DNA of 61,439 nt, filler included, from Sphacelaria rigidula (GCA_964200075.2; 4 parts of 4 records of this genome joined end to end with filler, not necessarily neighbours in it); one strand, 5' to 3'; shown: positions 47,642 through 60,247, numbered from the whole stretch's first letter. The notes: a model not told the origin generated them from the sequence alone. Numbers and translations are program-made.

Positions 47642-47949
47642 ACCTCGTCTAGTTCCTCTTCGTTGCCCCCATTGTCATTCGGGGGGGGTAGAGCTGGGAT
47701 AAAATTAAGGGGCCGTAACCTCCGGGGGTAGGTTGTTGAAGACTGTGATTCTGCGCGTTCGTGAAGCTACTTCGCTTTTTTAGTCACTACCCGTGCTGCA
47801 TTTGCTCTCCAATGGTATATGCATATCAAGGACCCTCAGGGCACCAGTAACCCTGCTCAACCCGGCTAGCGTTACACATCAGCACCCCCATTTCCGAGTG
47901 TGCATAACGGCAGCGCATCATCACGCAACGAAGAGGAACTAGACGAGGT
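47642..47949. mobile_element. Intronic MITE with perfect 25-bp TIRs
   Basis: ACCTCGTCTAGTTCCTCTTCGTTGC (47642-47666) and its exact reverse complement (47925-47949). No clear TSD. Confidence 0.75.
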
Positions 47950-48012
47950 CAAGCGGCAGGTACGTGGTGGCTGCAACGACCACAGCATCGTCGATCAATC
48001 AACTGAACTCAC

Positions 48013-48780
48013 CGCCCCGCAAGAAATTTCCAAGTTACCACGATGCCACCCCCAGAGCTCCCTTTCAGCCTCGGAAAATTTCGCCAAGTGCGGTTCCGCT
48101 ATCTCTTCGAGCACTTGCCCAAGGCTCATGAGCGGCCGTTTCGACGCAGCAGACTTGACCCCAACCGGAACACGTCTTCCAGGCGTCCTCGCCGTTGTCC
48201 TCGCCGCTACGGAGCCGTTAGCTCCGCGACTCTTCCTCTTCCCTCCCTTCTTAATGGAAAGCGAGTTCGGCTTCACCTCCGATTGATGTACGAACACGTC
48301 CCGGCAGGTGGTGCGTGCGTTACGTTCTGCCGTTGCCGCTGCACCGTGTACGTGCGGCTCGTTCCCCGTGACAACCTCCGGTGCATCGCTCCCAGAGTTA
48401 CTGCTGAGCTCTTCATTCGATTCCTCGCTTGTTTCGCCACGCGAGTCATGTCCAGTAGCAACCCCGAGTTCTTGATGTTGGGGAGCGATAAGTGGCGCAT
48501 TTTCCGAGGGGAGGACATCGTCAGTGCCTTCCTCTTCTCCGAGACTAAGTTGCTGCTGCTGCTGCTGCTCGTGCTCCAGCTCCTGAAGGAGCTGCTCTTG
48601 TTTTGCGCCACACTCGTCCAATACGGCGTTCCAAAGGGACTGGACGCGCTCGTCCATAGCTTTCTCCGCTGTGTGCCCGTCGCTCGCCGAGAGCTTACAA
48701 TGGTCCATGGGCACCAGGGTGAGGTCTAGATCCTGAGCAAGCGTTGCGACAGGATTGTCGTTTATCCCGTGTATAAACGC
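48013..48780 (-). CDS. LSD1/KDM1-like flavin amine oxidase, exon 2
   Basis: CAG|AFIHGINDNPVATLA...MDERVQSLWNAVLD...SLGQVLE...ERELWGWHRGNLEISCGA|GTGAGT; 768 bp, phase 0-0. Confidence 0.9.
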
Positions 48781-49250
48781 CTGCGCGAAAACACGTTCAG
48801 GGATGTCGATGTGAGTGAAGAAAAAAAAAGTTTCGCATGGAGTGCAGTATGACGCGGGGGATATTATCCAGCTTCAGTGAAGTGAACATATCGGGCACCT
48901 CTGAGACACAAATCAAGGCTCCAAAACACGCACGCAGCGCTCGAAAAAACTTGTTTTGCTCGCACAGTGTCCATATGATGACTAAGAGGTATTCCAAGAC
49001 ACTTGAGTGACGAGCAGAGAGTAGTGAGCGCATGAAGCCGACGGCAAGTAGAACGTGTCAACTTGGAAATTGAGCTGCAATAATTTCCAGTGCCAGGCCA
49101 AAATCAGCGGCTTGATTTTCCGTCCCGCCGCCGCTACAGAGAGGCACTTCTTGCCCTGCACAACGTTACCCTTTGGAGTCGGCTTCGTGAGGTTGACGAA
49201 CAGAGGTTTCGCAGCGAGACGCAGAACATTTACGGGGAACATGACAACTA

Positions 49251-49532
<282 letters not shown>

Positions 49533-50915
49533 TTAGGGCCAAGCGGCTCTCACGAAACAGTCGGTGCTCTGCTCTTGTTATCTGCACTCTCTCGGGGTGA
49601 TTTTGCAGTCCCGGAGACAGTAAATGATGACACACTTGAGGCCGATTTTCGGAATAGTAATTTCCTCCCACGGTTACATGTCCTTAATCGAAGACCATAT
49701 CGCCTGTCTACAGTTATCTTACTCTGAACGAGCTGGGCTGGTGGTGAGCTGCGACACTGCAGTGGGGAGATTCATTGCGGGTTGTACATATTGTGGCACT
49801 TGTTTGCTGGCTTTACGCAACCAGCTTGAAGTCGAGAAAATCCACCTCAACAAACTGACAGTCCAAGGTGTCAACTCCATCGTCTAGCACAGTTGCACTT
49901 AGACCTCGTCGCCCGAGACAGCACAGACTTTACGCTGTAGCATTTCAGTCTTCTCCTCCGCGAGTTGATAAGCGGTACTCGACACGTGTCTGTGCGTGCT
50001 TGGGGATGGTTTCTTTCGGGAGGACATTCGTCGCTTTCGTCGCTGCTCGAGGTCAAGGTGAGCTATCTTGCAGCACGCAATTTGCATCGTCCGCAGGCCC
50101 GAGTACGTGGCGGGTCGGCGTTCGCACTGCACGGAAGATAACTACTGAACCATTACTGATCCTCATATATGACTAGTACAAATGGTATTTCCAGTACCAA
50201 GGGAGTTGCATTACAGCGCACGAGCTGAAAACACATTTGCTGTTCTTCTGGAAAGATTGCTGCAAGTCATACTCGGTACTTGTGTTTCAGGGTGTTCGGA
50301 AACGACACATTGTAGAAGTACGTTTTACTATCCACTACCGAGGCTGTTCAAGACAACCATGACACGAGAACTCGCAACACCCCATGTCATCACTGGTTCT
50401 CTGGATGGATATGGAGCTCACGCGCTATTTCTTTCCGGGATCATGCATGTCATTATCGTTTGATCACCCTACTGTCAGCCGTGGTGGTTGCGGCGAACGT
50501 TCTAGAGGTGCCTTCCAAGGCGACATGAACGCGATCGAGGAACGTTTTCAGGTGCAGGAACGGACCAATACTGACCGCCTGTTCTGCAGGGACCACGATC
50601 ATCTGGTCCGCGCAATTTTCGACCAAAAATGGGCTGATCTCACCCGCGATCACTTTTTGTCGTTCGTTCCGCACCGTGGAAAACAGATTACAGTGTCAAA
50701 AAGTGTACCGCGTACAGTGTGAAATATATTGTCTGCTGCAATAGACGCCATAGTCTATACTGTACGCAGTACACTTTTTGGCAATGTTATCTACAATCCA
50801 GGCTGTTGTTCGTTCATGGAAATAGTGTGTAATTTGTGCCATACCAAGGCCATTTAGTTTGTACGCATTTGCCTGAGAGCCGCTCCTAACGATGGTGATG
50901 ATGTTGGAAACTTTC

Positions 50916-52116
50916 CAAGGGTAGGTCGAGTAGAGTATTTACTTTTGAGTACTCGAGTAAAATACTCAAGTATTTACTCTACTCGACGTTTGAGTAGGTC
51001 GAGTACGACCTCAAATACTCTACTTGAGTATGGAGTATCACTTGAGTATGACCTCAATACTCAACTCAAAAATTGAGTAGGTCGAGTACGATCTCAAATA
51101 CTCTACTCAAATATTGAGTAAGCACTCTCAGTAATACTTGAGTATAGAGTATCACTTGAGTACGGCCTCAAATAATCGACTCAAATTTTGAGTAGATCGA
51201 GCACGACCTCAAATACTCTACCCAAATATTGAGTAAGCACTCTCAGTAATACTCGAGTACAGAGTATCACTTGAGTATGGCCTCGATACTCTACTCAAAT
51301 TTCGAGTAGATTGAGTACGACCGCAAATACTCTACTCGAGCTTTGAGTATTAAAAGTATGACTCTTCAAAAATTCTGAGTATTGAGTATACTCTACTCGA
51401 CCTACCCTCGAGTATTTGACGTCGTACTTGATCTACTCAAAATTTGAGTAGAGTATTGAGATCATACTCAAGTGATACTCTATACTCAAGTATTACTGAC
51501 AGTGTTTACTCAATATTTAAGTAGAGTATTGGAGGCCGTACTCAATCTACTAAAAAATTGAGTACAGTATTTGAGGCCGCACTCAACCTACCCAAACGTC
51601 GAGTAGAGTAAATACTTGAGTGTTTTCTTCGAGTACTCAAAAGTGCATACTCTACTCGACCTACCCTTGAAAAAATGGGCGTTTCCATTCTAAACCTGCT
51701 GGTGAGATGGGGCGCTGGGGCAGGTAGGTGCATTCACCTGCACGTTTTTTTTATATTTTTTTCATGGCCATCATTCGTCTATACTCCTTGTTGGCTGTGA
51801 TGTGACGCCGCCCATCTAATTGATGGCCATCGTTCGCCCATGTATTCAACATAGTCTGTGAAGTGACGCCACGAAGTCGCCGACTGTCAGGGATACTCAC
51901 CATACCCAAGTGGCACTCTATACTCGAGTATTACTGAGAGTGCTTACTCGAAATTTGAGTTGAATACTTGAGACCATACTCGACGTACTCAATATTTGAG
52001 TAGAGTATTCGAGGCCGTACTCGACCTACTCAAACGTCGAGTAGAGTAAATACTTGAGTATTTTAATCGAGTACTCAAAAGTACATACTCTACTCGACCT
52101 ACCCTTGCTACCTTTG
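50916..52116. mobile_element. hAT-like MITE with GAGTA/TACTC repeats and a duplicated right end
   Basis: Left end CAAGGGTAGGTCGAGTAGAGTA is mirrored over about 110 bp by ends at 51669 and 52107. 8-bp TSD-like AAACTTTC (50908-50915) / GAACTTTC (52117-52124). Confidence 0.85.
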
Positions 52117-52879
52117 GAACTTTCCATCGATATCATTACTTGCTGCCTGTAAGACAACAAAACGACAGCTCACGCTCGACAGTTTTGGATCCACGCCGTG
52201 CATGCTACATCGCATCACTTGCGCCTATCATCACGATCACCCCCCGAAATAGCAACATCGTATTTACATGCAGTGTAGCCAGCTCATGTGCATGAAACGA
52301 ACGGCGGTGCTAATTTTTAGGGTTGCCCACCTCTCCAACTTTGAAAATGTAAACGAACATCTCGACGGGAAAAAGTCGTGGACGTTGAATAAATACACTT
52401 TGCATCCTTAGACAGCGACCCCCCCGCAGGTAGACTGAGATGGACTATGCCACGATTGGGGTTCAAAACACCTCTTTTCTCACTACTATACTTGAAAAGC
52501 ATTTTTTTCATTATCATGTGGATGTTAGGTATCTATGGAAAAAAGAGTCCCGGAGAGCCCCTGACCGGTTTTGGCGCTGCAGTCAATTGCGTGCAGAGTC
52601 AGTATGTGTGCTGTATATCTTCGCTAGATACAACGGCAAGAAACAGTCAGCGTCCCATCGCTCTCCACTGAACACTGTTTACTGCATGCTACTGATGTCT
52701 CAGCTTAGTGTTCTACAACTCTTCAGGCTGTGAAGCTACGCTGGCAACACATGAGGGGTCAGGCAGGCGGCACAGACTACGAGCAGTGTAGAAGCACGTA
52801 ATTTTGGTTGAATTATTGTGACCAAAATGAGGAATACGGCTACACCGCGAAGAAGTCAACATGTAGGGGAAACCGCCGC

Positions 52880-53180
52880 GCCCCGGTGGTGTAATGGTCC
52901 AACCGTCTCCATTACGATGGAGAGAACGAGGGTTCGACTCCCGATGCTTTGTTTTTTTTTGTCGTAGTATCTGATTTCCATCGTGAAAAGCGTGAGAACG
53001 CGAGTAAAGAAAGTAGTCGACTGAGTTTGTTTGACGTGAGTTGACGCGGTGCGGGAGTGCTGAGCCAACCCGCGAGACCAAAATGCAAGGCATGTCCCGG
53101 GGAAGAGATGGGATGACCCCTTGAGACCACGGACTCGTCCCGAGGAAGGGGAGGGATTCAAAGTGCGACAAAAGAAGGGG
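52880..53180 (+). mobile_element. tRNA-derived SINE-like element (tRNA-Gly-like head 52880-52947)
   Basis: A-box TGGTGTAATGG (52887), anticodon-like hairpin TCTCCAT..ATGGAGA, B-box GGTTCGACTCC (52931), end CCGATGC. The body has a diverged copy at 54015-54320. Confidence 0.7.
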
Positions 53181-53181
53181 C

Positions 53182-53251
53182 GGGGCGTACTCATTTGTTG
53201 CTTGCCTTAGTCGTGTGACCATTAACCACGCATCCCTTTCGAGACGGAGCA
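53182..53251. mobile_element. 70-bp dispersed unit, copy 2
   Basis: Reverse complement of 5871-5940 with 2 differences. Flanked by imperfect direct repeats CGACAAAAGAAGGGG (53166-53180) and CGACGAAAAAAGGGG (53253-53267). Confidence 0.8.
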
Positions 53252-54014
53252 CCGACGAAAAAAGGGGGGGAGAACAAAATGACCATTTTGATGGCCGTGA
53301 TTGGTCAGAGTGATCACTGTGCTCTTCTCGGGCCTCGTTCCTGGCTTGTAGTTTCCGTGGGAACCATGGTTTACTCAATGAGTTTTCTTACTGTTTCTGC
53401 GAACAGACCAACACCCTGTCAAAAACCACCCCCCCGCCCCCTGGAAACTCCCGAGATGCCCCTGGACTGTCAGCCCCTGAAACTGTGCCGAGGCGACGCT
53501 CGCTGTCTAAGGGTTGAAAGGAGGTGGAATATGAGCATGGAAAACGCGCAAAAATGCGGAAAAAAGGCCTGGAAAACGCGGTGTAATGACTTGAACATCC
53601 TCCTTCCCAGACGGTATATATAAATATCTCCAACAACCTATGATGAAGCGTCGACCTAGAATTGCAACAGACGAGCACGGGCATGTTACTTCCGGGGGTG
53701 CCATCATGTTTCGCCGTCGCGCTCTGTGTAGCGAGAAATTCGTAACACCAAGTGAGGTAGGTCTACCTAAAACCTGATGGATCAAGCATGAATTAATCGG
53801 CGGTACATCCAGCTGCGGTCAACAGATGGACGTACGCAAGGCGAGTGAACGGAAGCGCCCGCGTAGAGTATGTTTTCTAAAACAAAGACAAACACGTAGC
53901 AAGAATACAACGACTGATTCGCAGCCTGAATCGTACCCACTGCTATTGTCTATACATGTAGCCCACTCTTGGGTAGCCACGACTTGTCGGGAAACGTTTT
54001 TGTTTCCAGCATTA

Positions 54015-54320
54015 ACCGCCGCTCCCCGGTGCTCTAAATTAAAATGGTCCAACTGACACCAATAGGGTGGCTGGCGGCAACAACGCGGTATTTCCGCCCG
54101 ATGCGGCTAGTGTGCATTTTTTCTCCGCAGCATCTGCTTTCCGCCTTCGAGAGCGCAATGACGTGAGTGGCAATAAAAATTGACTCATGTATGAGAGATG
54201 ACGCGGTGCCGGAGTGCTGGTTACACCCTGCGCGACCAAAATGGCAAGGTGTGTATGAAGGTAACGATAGCTTGATGCCTTGAGACCACGGCTTCGTCCC
54301 GAGGAGGGTGAGGGATGTAG
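54015..54320 (+). mobile_element. Older diverged copy of the tRNA-derived SINE-like element
   Basis: Shares ACCGCCGC.CCCCGGTG, AATGGTCCAAC, CCCGATGC, TGACGCGGTGC.GGAGTGCTG, GACCAAAATG and CCTTGAGACCACGG..TCGTCCCGAGGA with 52872-53160. Confidence 0.75.
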
Positions 54321-55339
54321 AGCGATGATATAGGACACGATGGAAAGGTGAGCTCGTGGCCGTTCTAGCGGTACCATCAGCGTTGCCTGCCGTCCTGTGC
54401 GTTGCAAGCAATTCACGATCAAGCAACCTGTCCTGCAAGTGGTTTGAACTTTGACTGCCTGACTCCGCCAACCTATGATTTCTGGAGGGCGTTTTCCGGT
54501 GTAATCAACCACAGAATCGCATGCACGAAAGGAGTATTTATGTTTCACATCGCGCGCTCAGCGCATGACGTATGCGTCGAGAAATAATCTACCGATACGG
54601 CGATGCTCACGTGATATAAACGTTGTTTCAGGCCACAGCTCGGATGGTCACGGAATCAATTATACGAAATTCTTGGACCACGAAGAGCTTGGGGGTATAT
54701 ACTACTACTGTAGGAGGAGCCGTATACAACATTAATGCTCAAAACAGCGCATTTGGATACATGAACTGCTTCGCGGTCACAGTCTTGACGCTTTGGCTTA
54801 TCAACATCGACGCCGTAGGATCTTCACTCCAGGACTATTCATTTATAAAAGGCAGGGTGTGAAAAGGTTGCGCCGGCACAGATGGAATGTGACAGGCACA
54901 CCTCGCAGTCAAAGCGTTAACCACAGGGCTGTACTCGGGAATTTGCCCCGAAAAAAATAATCGAGCAATTTCCCACGCATCCAGAACCACGGCGAAACAT
55001 GAGCAGATTGATACACCACGACAAGACCTGGACCCGTGGCAATAATTTTCTGAAATAAAGTTCCAACATTCCGAGTTCCACGGGAACTGTGTTCAAGGTA
55101 ATTTCGCGCGGTAGAAATCAACGTCAACTTCGTTCGCCGCGATAATTTGTGTGCGGTAAGTAGACTGAAGCTAAAAAGACTAGCATGGAGCATGCTGCTC
55201 GTGATGGACTTTGTTATAGTTGGCATTGGATAGGTTTCTCGAAGCTACTTCCGCTGCATATGATTTACCGCAATGTCAACACTGCGCGGTGATTGAGTCG
55301 AGGACAGATAAGACGAGGGTCGGTGAAAGTTTTATGGAG

Positions 55340-55675
55340 ACAAACAGAGTAGCGACTATCAAACGTATATGTAGGAATGTTTTCGTGGGGTTGGGAGTCT
55401 AAGGTACGACTGAAAGTGAGAAGCGGTCAATTAATGAATAAAAAATATATTCAGTTCCGAGATGCCCCTCTGAGGCTTATATGTGACCCGATACGCTTTC
55501 TTTAGCAGCTTGCCACTTGCACCTTGATGTCCCCGACTTGGATATCAACGTGTAGCTGTGAGCACACGACAGTGTTACAGGCGAAGACAAGCACACACAA
55601 GATGAAAAAATGGTCGAGTTAGAGCGAATAGTGAAAATCACTCTCAGTCGATGCTAGACTCTCAATCTCACGAAT
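55340..55675 (+). repeat. Dispersed repeat, copy 2
   Basis: Colinear with 39470-39815 on another contig. Confidence 0.85.
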
Positions 55676-55950
55676 TCATTGCTATATACTATATGAAAAA
55701 AGCAAGAGCAACGGGATCAACGCAGCTTGTGGTCCAAGCGACACATTTAATCTCTGAGGACCGGCGCTGTGGGACGCACCAGAAGCCTTCTGGCAGGTGG
55801 CCGTTAGCGGGTGGTGGCGAATATCACGAAGAACCAATGAACTCTAATAACTCAGTCATCACTACTCCACACTCCGTTTCGAATACTAACAATATAGCGA
55901 TACAATGCATGCCATTTCCTATTGACAATCGAATGCAGTTTCGAGGTTAA

Positions 55951-56190
55951 CCCTGTTGGAACCGTTGATGAAAAAGTGACGATTTACAATCGACGTTTTC
56001 TTGGGCAAGATATGGTTGTTTCTCTGCACATGCTGATGATGCCGCCTACAAAACGGTGCACCACTCTCGGTTGAAGTATATCAATGTGATAGATTCGTGT
56101 ACCGAACTCGAAGTGACGTTTTTGTGGTGACGAAAGCTCGCATATGGGACTTTGTAAATCGTCACTTTTCCATCAACGGTTCCAGAAGGG
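55951..56190. mobile_element. piggyBac-like MITE
   Basis: TTAA|CCCTGTTGGAACCGTTGATGAAAAAGTGACGATTTACAA ... TTGTAAATCGTCACTTTTCCATCAACGGTTCCAGAAGGG|TTGA: TIR of about 39 bp, CCC/GGG ends, TTAA-type target. Confidence 0.8.
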
Positions 56191-56436
56191 TTGAATAGAT
56201 TGGATTTTCTGTACGAAATGGTCAGCAGTGTATCCATGCCATTCTCCACCCAGATCCTGTGTCTGGGTAACACTGCAACAAGCGTGAACTTTTCCCCAGA
56301 CAGTTAGTTGCCTGCACACTGCGACTGATGGATGCAGCAATTAGTCGCCACCGATCACCATACTTGACTGACTGCGACGCTGTCCTGTACGGGATATCAT
56401 GCGGTCTACTGATGGTGTCGTTTCTTTCATCCGCAG

Positions 56437-56562
56437 GACAGAACAGGACAGGGCAGTTTGGTGGTATACTTGTGCGATTGTTGCTGGACTGACTGCCGTA
56501 TTCATTCTGCTTGAGGGCTTACTGGGGGGGGGAGGATTTGTGGCCTCTGACACCGCTGCAGG
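56437..56562 (+). CDS. Candidate upstream exon of the Nudix gene encoding a hydrophobic helix
   Basis: Strong acceptor TTTCTTTCATCCGCAG (or ATG at 56399 in the same frame); AVWWYTCAIVAGLTAVFILLEGLL; the donor GG|GTACTG is phase-compatible with the TTTTGTAG acceptor at 57025. Confidence 0.45.
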
Positions 56563-57025
56563 GTACTGAGATGTATCCTGCGTAGTGTACCCTGACCGGG
56601 ACCCGTAGAGGTTACGGTACATCTTCGGCCGACGTGATCGATTCACCATCGACCCCCCCCTCCTCAAACAAGTTCACCAAACACTACGGGGTGTCGTGAA
56701 AGGGTACTCGAGGGGTGAAGCTGCGTGGAGAGGTCGACCGGGATCGCTGTGTAGGGCGGATACCTGTGTGTACACTTCGCTGCGTGTGCATGATACAGAT
56801 TGCAGTTTGAACGAGCGGGGTACCGCGATTAATATTTGGCGAGTTTATGAAAAACACTTGTATCACTCCAATGGTATGCACAAAAAAGGGAAGTCAAATC
56901 CCCATCGGACTATCAAGACATTCGATCGTCTTCACTTTCTTACCCCACGGCCTTGTCCGCGTTGCCACAGGACGGGTGCTTCCTCTGAGGCAAAAACTCA
57001 CGCGACAATGCACGGGGTTTTGTAG

Positions 57026-57179
57026 GATGGACGCAGGGGGCATGACTCAAGGAGGCAAGCCCCCGCACCAGTTCGAGGTTCTTCGCACCGATTTGGCGTA
57101 CTCTGGCTGGCGAAAGATTGTGAAGAAGACTGTGCGCATCGAAGAGGAAAAGGAGTACGTGTTCGATGTCGTGCATCAG
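57026..57179 (+). CDS. Nudix hydrolase (ADP-ribose pyrophosphatase-like), exon
   Basis: MDAGG...FEVLRTDLAYSGWRKIVKKTVRIEEEKEYVFDVVHQ, a typical ADPRase N-terminal beta region; ends CAG|GCAAGC. Confidence 0.8.
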
Positions 57180-57664
57180 GCAAGCAATTGCACAGCCTCT
57201 TTTATCATGAGGCGGCGATTAATGAAAGCATGGTTGCGGTAGACGGCGGAGATGTTGAAATGATGATCACATTTCTAACTCTCTGTATGACTGAAGATGG
57301 ACAACTGTGGCCGACCGCTCTTTGATACGTGATGGTGCCAGTACAACAAATGGTGGTTGAAGCTCAAAGGGCTAAAGCGTGAAAACGCTCAGTGTATTCC
57401 GCAAATGCCGAGCTGTTATCACCGTGGGAGATGAAGTATAATTTAGCCATGAAAACTGCCGTGAACCCATGCGCAGAGTTGATTTAAACTGAAAGCAAGT
57501 CCTCGAGCTTACATAATATCATGGTCAATATGTCGACCGTATAGCGATGTTCACTGACGCGGGCGGGCGTTGTGGGATGCGAACTCTACCCTATTTGTAA
57601 TACTGACGGAGAAACGAAACATAATCTCGCACCTTGATGATGATTTGATGATTTGATTTTACAG

Positions 57665-57826
57665 GATGACTCGTCGGTTGCGGTGTGTGTGTGGCACACT
57701 CAAAGCAACACCTTGACGCTCATAAAGGAGTTTGCCCCTGGACGCGAAGAGGTCGCATGCGGAGTTGTGGCAGGACTTTATGAAAAGAAGAAACACGAAT
57801 CTCCGCTGCAGGCGGCCAAACACGAA
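57665..57826 (+). CDS. Nudix hydrolase exon (first part of Nudix box)
   Basis: TTTTACAG|DDSSVAVCVW...LIKEFAPG...VAGLYEKKKHESPLQAAKHE|GTGAGT; 162 bp, phase 0-0. Confidence 0.9.
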
Positions 57827-58077
57827 GTGAGTGCGACAACATGTTTGGTTGCGGCCGGCGGCAGGTGAACCGTGCCTAAAAGGAGTTGTATCCAGAACGT
57901 TTCTGACTTGGATAAACCAACCGTGCCTTCAGGTCACGTGTAGTACACAACAATCACCGATGCTATCATCGTTGCTATTGAATATAATTCGTATTTGATG
58001 ACTGGTTCATTGTTCGATTGTGCCATCGATTGCTTGATAGATTGGTGAATAGATTGTCACACATCAAACATCCCCAA

Positions 58078-58279
58078 CCTAGGGGCGAAGCTCATAGGAG
58101 TAGGGCAGAGCGTGCACTGCGCCAAGTTGACCGGGGATGTTCGTGAGTTCGACCTCCACACTGCCGCGAGGCGGTCTAGCCGATCCCCCGGGTAATCGGA
58201 ACACGAATTCGCGTGCGGGGGTGCGGGGTTAGTATTGTATGAAGTTTCCTGCTTTCTTCCAGAGAAAAAAAAAAAAAAA
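58078..58279 (+). mobile_element. Poly(A)-tailed tRNA-derived SINE in a Nudix intron
   Basis: Head GGGGCGAAGCTCATAGG, B-box-like GAGTTCGACCTC (58145), A15 tail (58265-58279), TSD CATCCCCAA (58069-58077 and 58282-58290). Confidence 0.75.
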
Positions 58280-58691
58280 CTCATCCCCAAGTGGCCACGA
58301 GATGGGCGTACCTACCCAATATCAACAAAACAGAAACGCTCCCGAAAGGAGAAAGGTAAGTGGGGGGGGAAAAAAAGAGTAAAGTAAGGAACAGAGGAAC
58401 AAAGGCCAGAACGAGCAAAAGAAGCAAGACCGAAATAAACCACAAACAAGAGCAAGGCCCAAGAACAAGATCCAAGAACAAACGGGAAAGGAGAGGACAA
58501 GAACGGAGAAGAGCCAGATGAAATTGAATGAAGTATGCACGCATAGTTGTCACGGGGCGGGCCGACCCTTTCCTGTTCCCGCCTCATGTAACCGTAGACC
58601 GGTCAGTGGTCGCAACGGATTTGTCAGAGCTTGGTGTTGATGTGAATATTCCGCTACTGCTCGATTGCTCCTGGTGTCTTTCACCATACAG

Positions 58692-58997
58692 CTAGACGAA
58701 GAGGCTCATCTGCAGGGGGGGACATGGTACCCGTTGGGTGACACGGCTGACACGACGATCAACGCCGACAAGTACAGCACCAACGAGTTCTACTGCTGGC
58801 TGGTCGTGGACCCGGAGATCACGCCCAACCCTCGAGCCCTAGACGACGAGGAGTTTATCGAGATAGTCAGGGGTGTCTCCATACAAAGCGCGATGAGCAT
58901 GCTGACGCGCGGGCAGATGTCGGTCGTTTCAGGATTTGTAGTCCTTTTGGGTGCTCGAAAACTTCGTCAGTTAGGGATGATTTCCGAGGACTTTTAG
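58692..58997 (+). CDS. Nudix hydrolase last exon
   Basis: CAG|LDEEAHL completes the Nudix box (AGLYEKKKHESPLQAAKHELDEEAHL); LDDEEFIEIV motif; TAG stop. Confidence 0.9.
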   Translation, partial: LDEEAHLQGGTWYPLGDTADTTINADKYSTNEFYCWLVVDPEITPNPRALDDEEFIEIVRGVSIQSAMSMLTRGQMSVVSGFVVLLGARKLRQLGMISEDF

Positions 58998-60247
58998 AGA
59001 TGGTCGCCAGTGTTTTGACAATGGGGCTAATTCGAGGGACGGTGGAGGCCAGTGCCAGTGCTTCCATGTTCACAAGTGTTTCATGAAATCTGAACACTGT
59101 CAGGTGGTCGGAGTGGCGAGCGCACCCCCACACGGTTTTGCCAAGGCGCCTGTAGCGGAGGCGTTGCCGCTACCGCGGTTTTGTAGTTCTGTAAATTTAT
59201 CGAGAGGGGGTGGTCCTTGAAGCTGTCCACACTCCAGCAGATGAAACGCGCAAGCGTTTCTTTTCCTTGCGAAGACCTCTCTGGACTCGAAAATATCGAA
59301 AAATCTAGCCGTATAGTAGCGTGATTCTAATACGTGGCAGTGTGCGTGAATACAAGAGAGTCCTCGCATAAGTAATCGACACCCGGGATTTTGTCGAGGT
59401 TCGAAGTTAAGGCGTGGTCTCGATGTCTTGAAAAGTACAGCAGTGGTACTACGTTGGTGTTGATGTTGCGATTAGTTGGGAGAACGATGTCTGGCTTCGG
59501 TGCCCATTTCTAGCGAGAGTGAGGCCAGGCAGAAACCACCACTGTTATTTCTAAGATCAAAAGGCTCCTCTCCTCTTTGTTACATACAAGATATGACATT
59601 CAAGTTTTGCCTGCCACACCAGCAGTCAGCAAATTGAAAGCCTCGAGGTGTACCCTTCGCTCGGTGAAGCCATCGCCGCGTCCGCAGGGTAAGTATACTG
59701 TTTGTTCGTGGTTTGTGTGGGCTAGGTGCTGTGTAGCATCGCCAAAACCTCTTCGTCGGCCAGATCAAAGGACGAAGGGCATACGGTATACACACGTTGG
59801 AACTCATCCATTTTGTGTTGGGCCGCACGCAACACCTATATGCAATAACGCAATAGGAATAATTGTTTCGCATTACCATGTCTAGGAGGGCATTTGACCC
59901 ATTCGACGCGAGCTAGATCTCACAAATAGAACCTAGTTCGACCAGTGGTGATCTGTGGAAGAACGATGTCTTTAATATTAGTCACAAGTCAATATTACGT
60001 AAGTCAGCGGCTGGGGTCCATTCATGACTGCATTGGGGAGCCGTGAGGGTTGGGGGTCACGGATCATACGGTAGGTTGCTGAAGGTGGCGCTCTCAAAGG
60101 AGGGGAGCTGCATCGGAGGGCGGCAATCGATATATTGTTCACACGGGCAGCCTTGTTGAATGGTCCAATCCAGGTCGTAATGGCTTACTACGTTGTACAG
60201 TTTCCCGAGACCAGCGGTCCATTGTAAACCACGAAGTAGCTGAGCTC

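Noticed and set aside
52880-52947. Functional tRNA gene
   Set aside because: The acceptor stem and anticodon loop are broken and it is attached to a repeated body, so it is better explained as a SINE head.
58281-58587. Hydrophobic minus-strand ORFs in the Nudix intron
   Set aside because: Purine-skewed low-complexity sequence, probably a retroelement UTR remnant.
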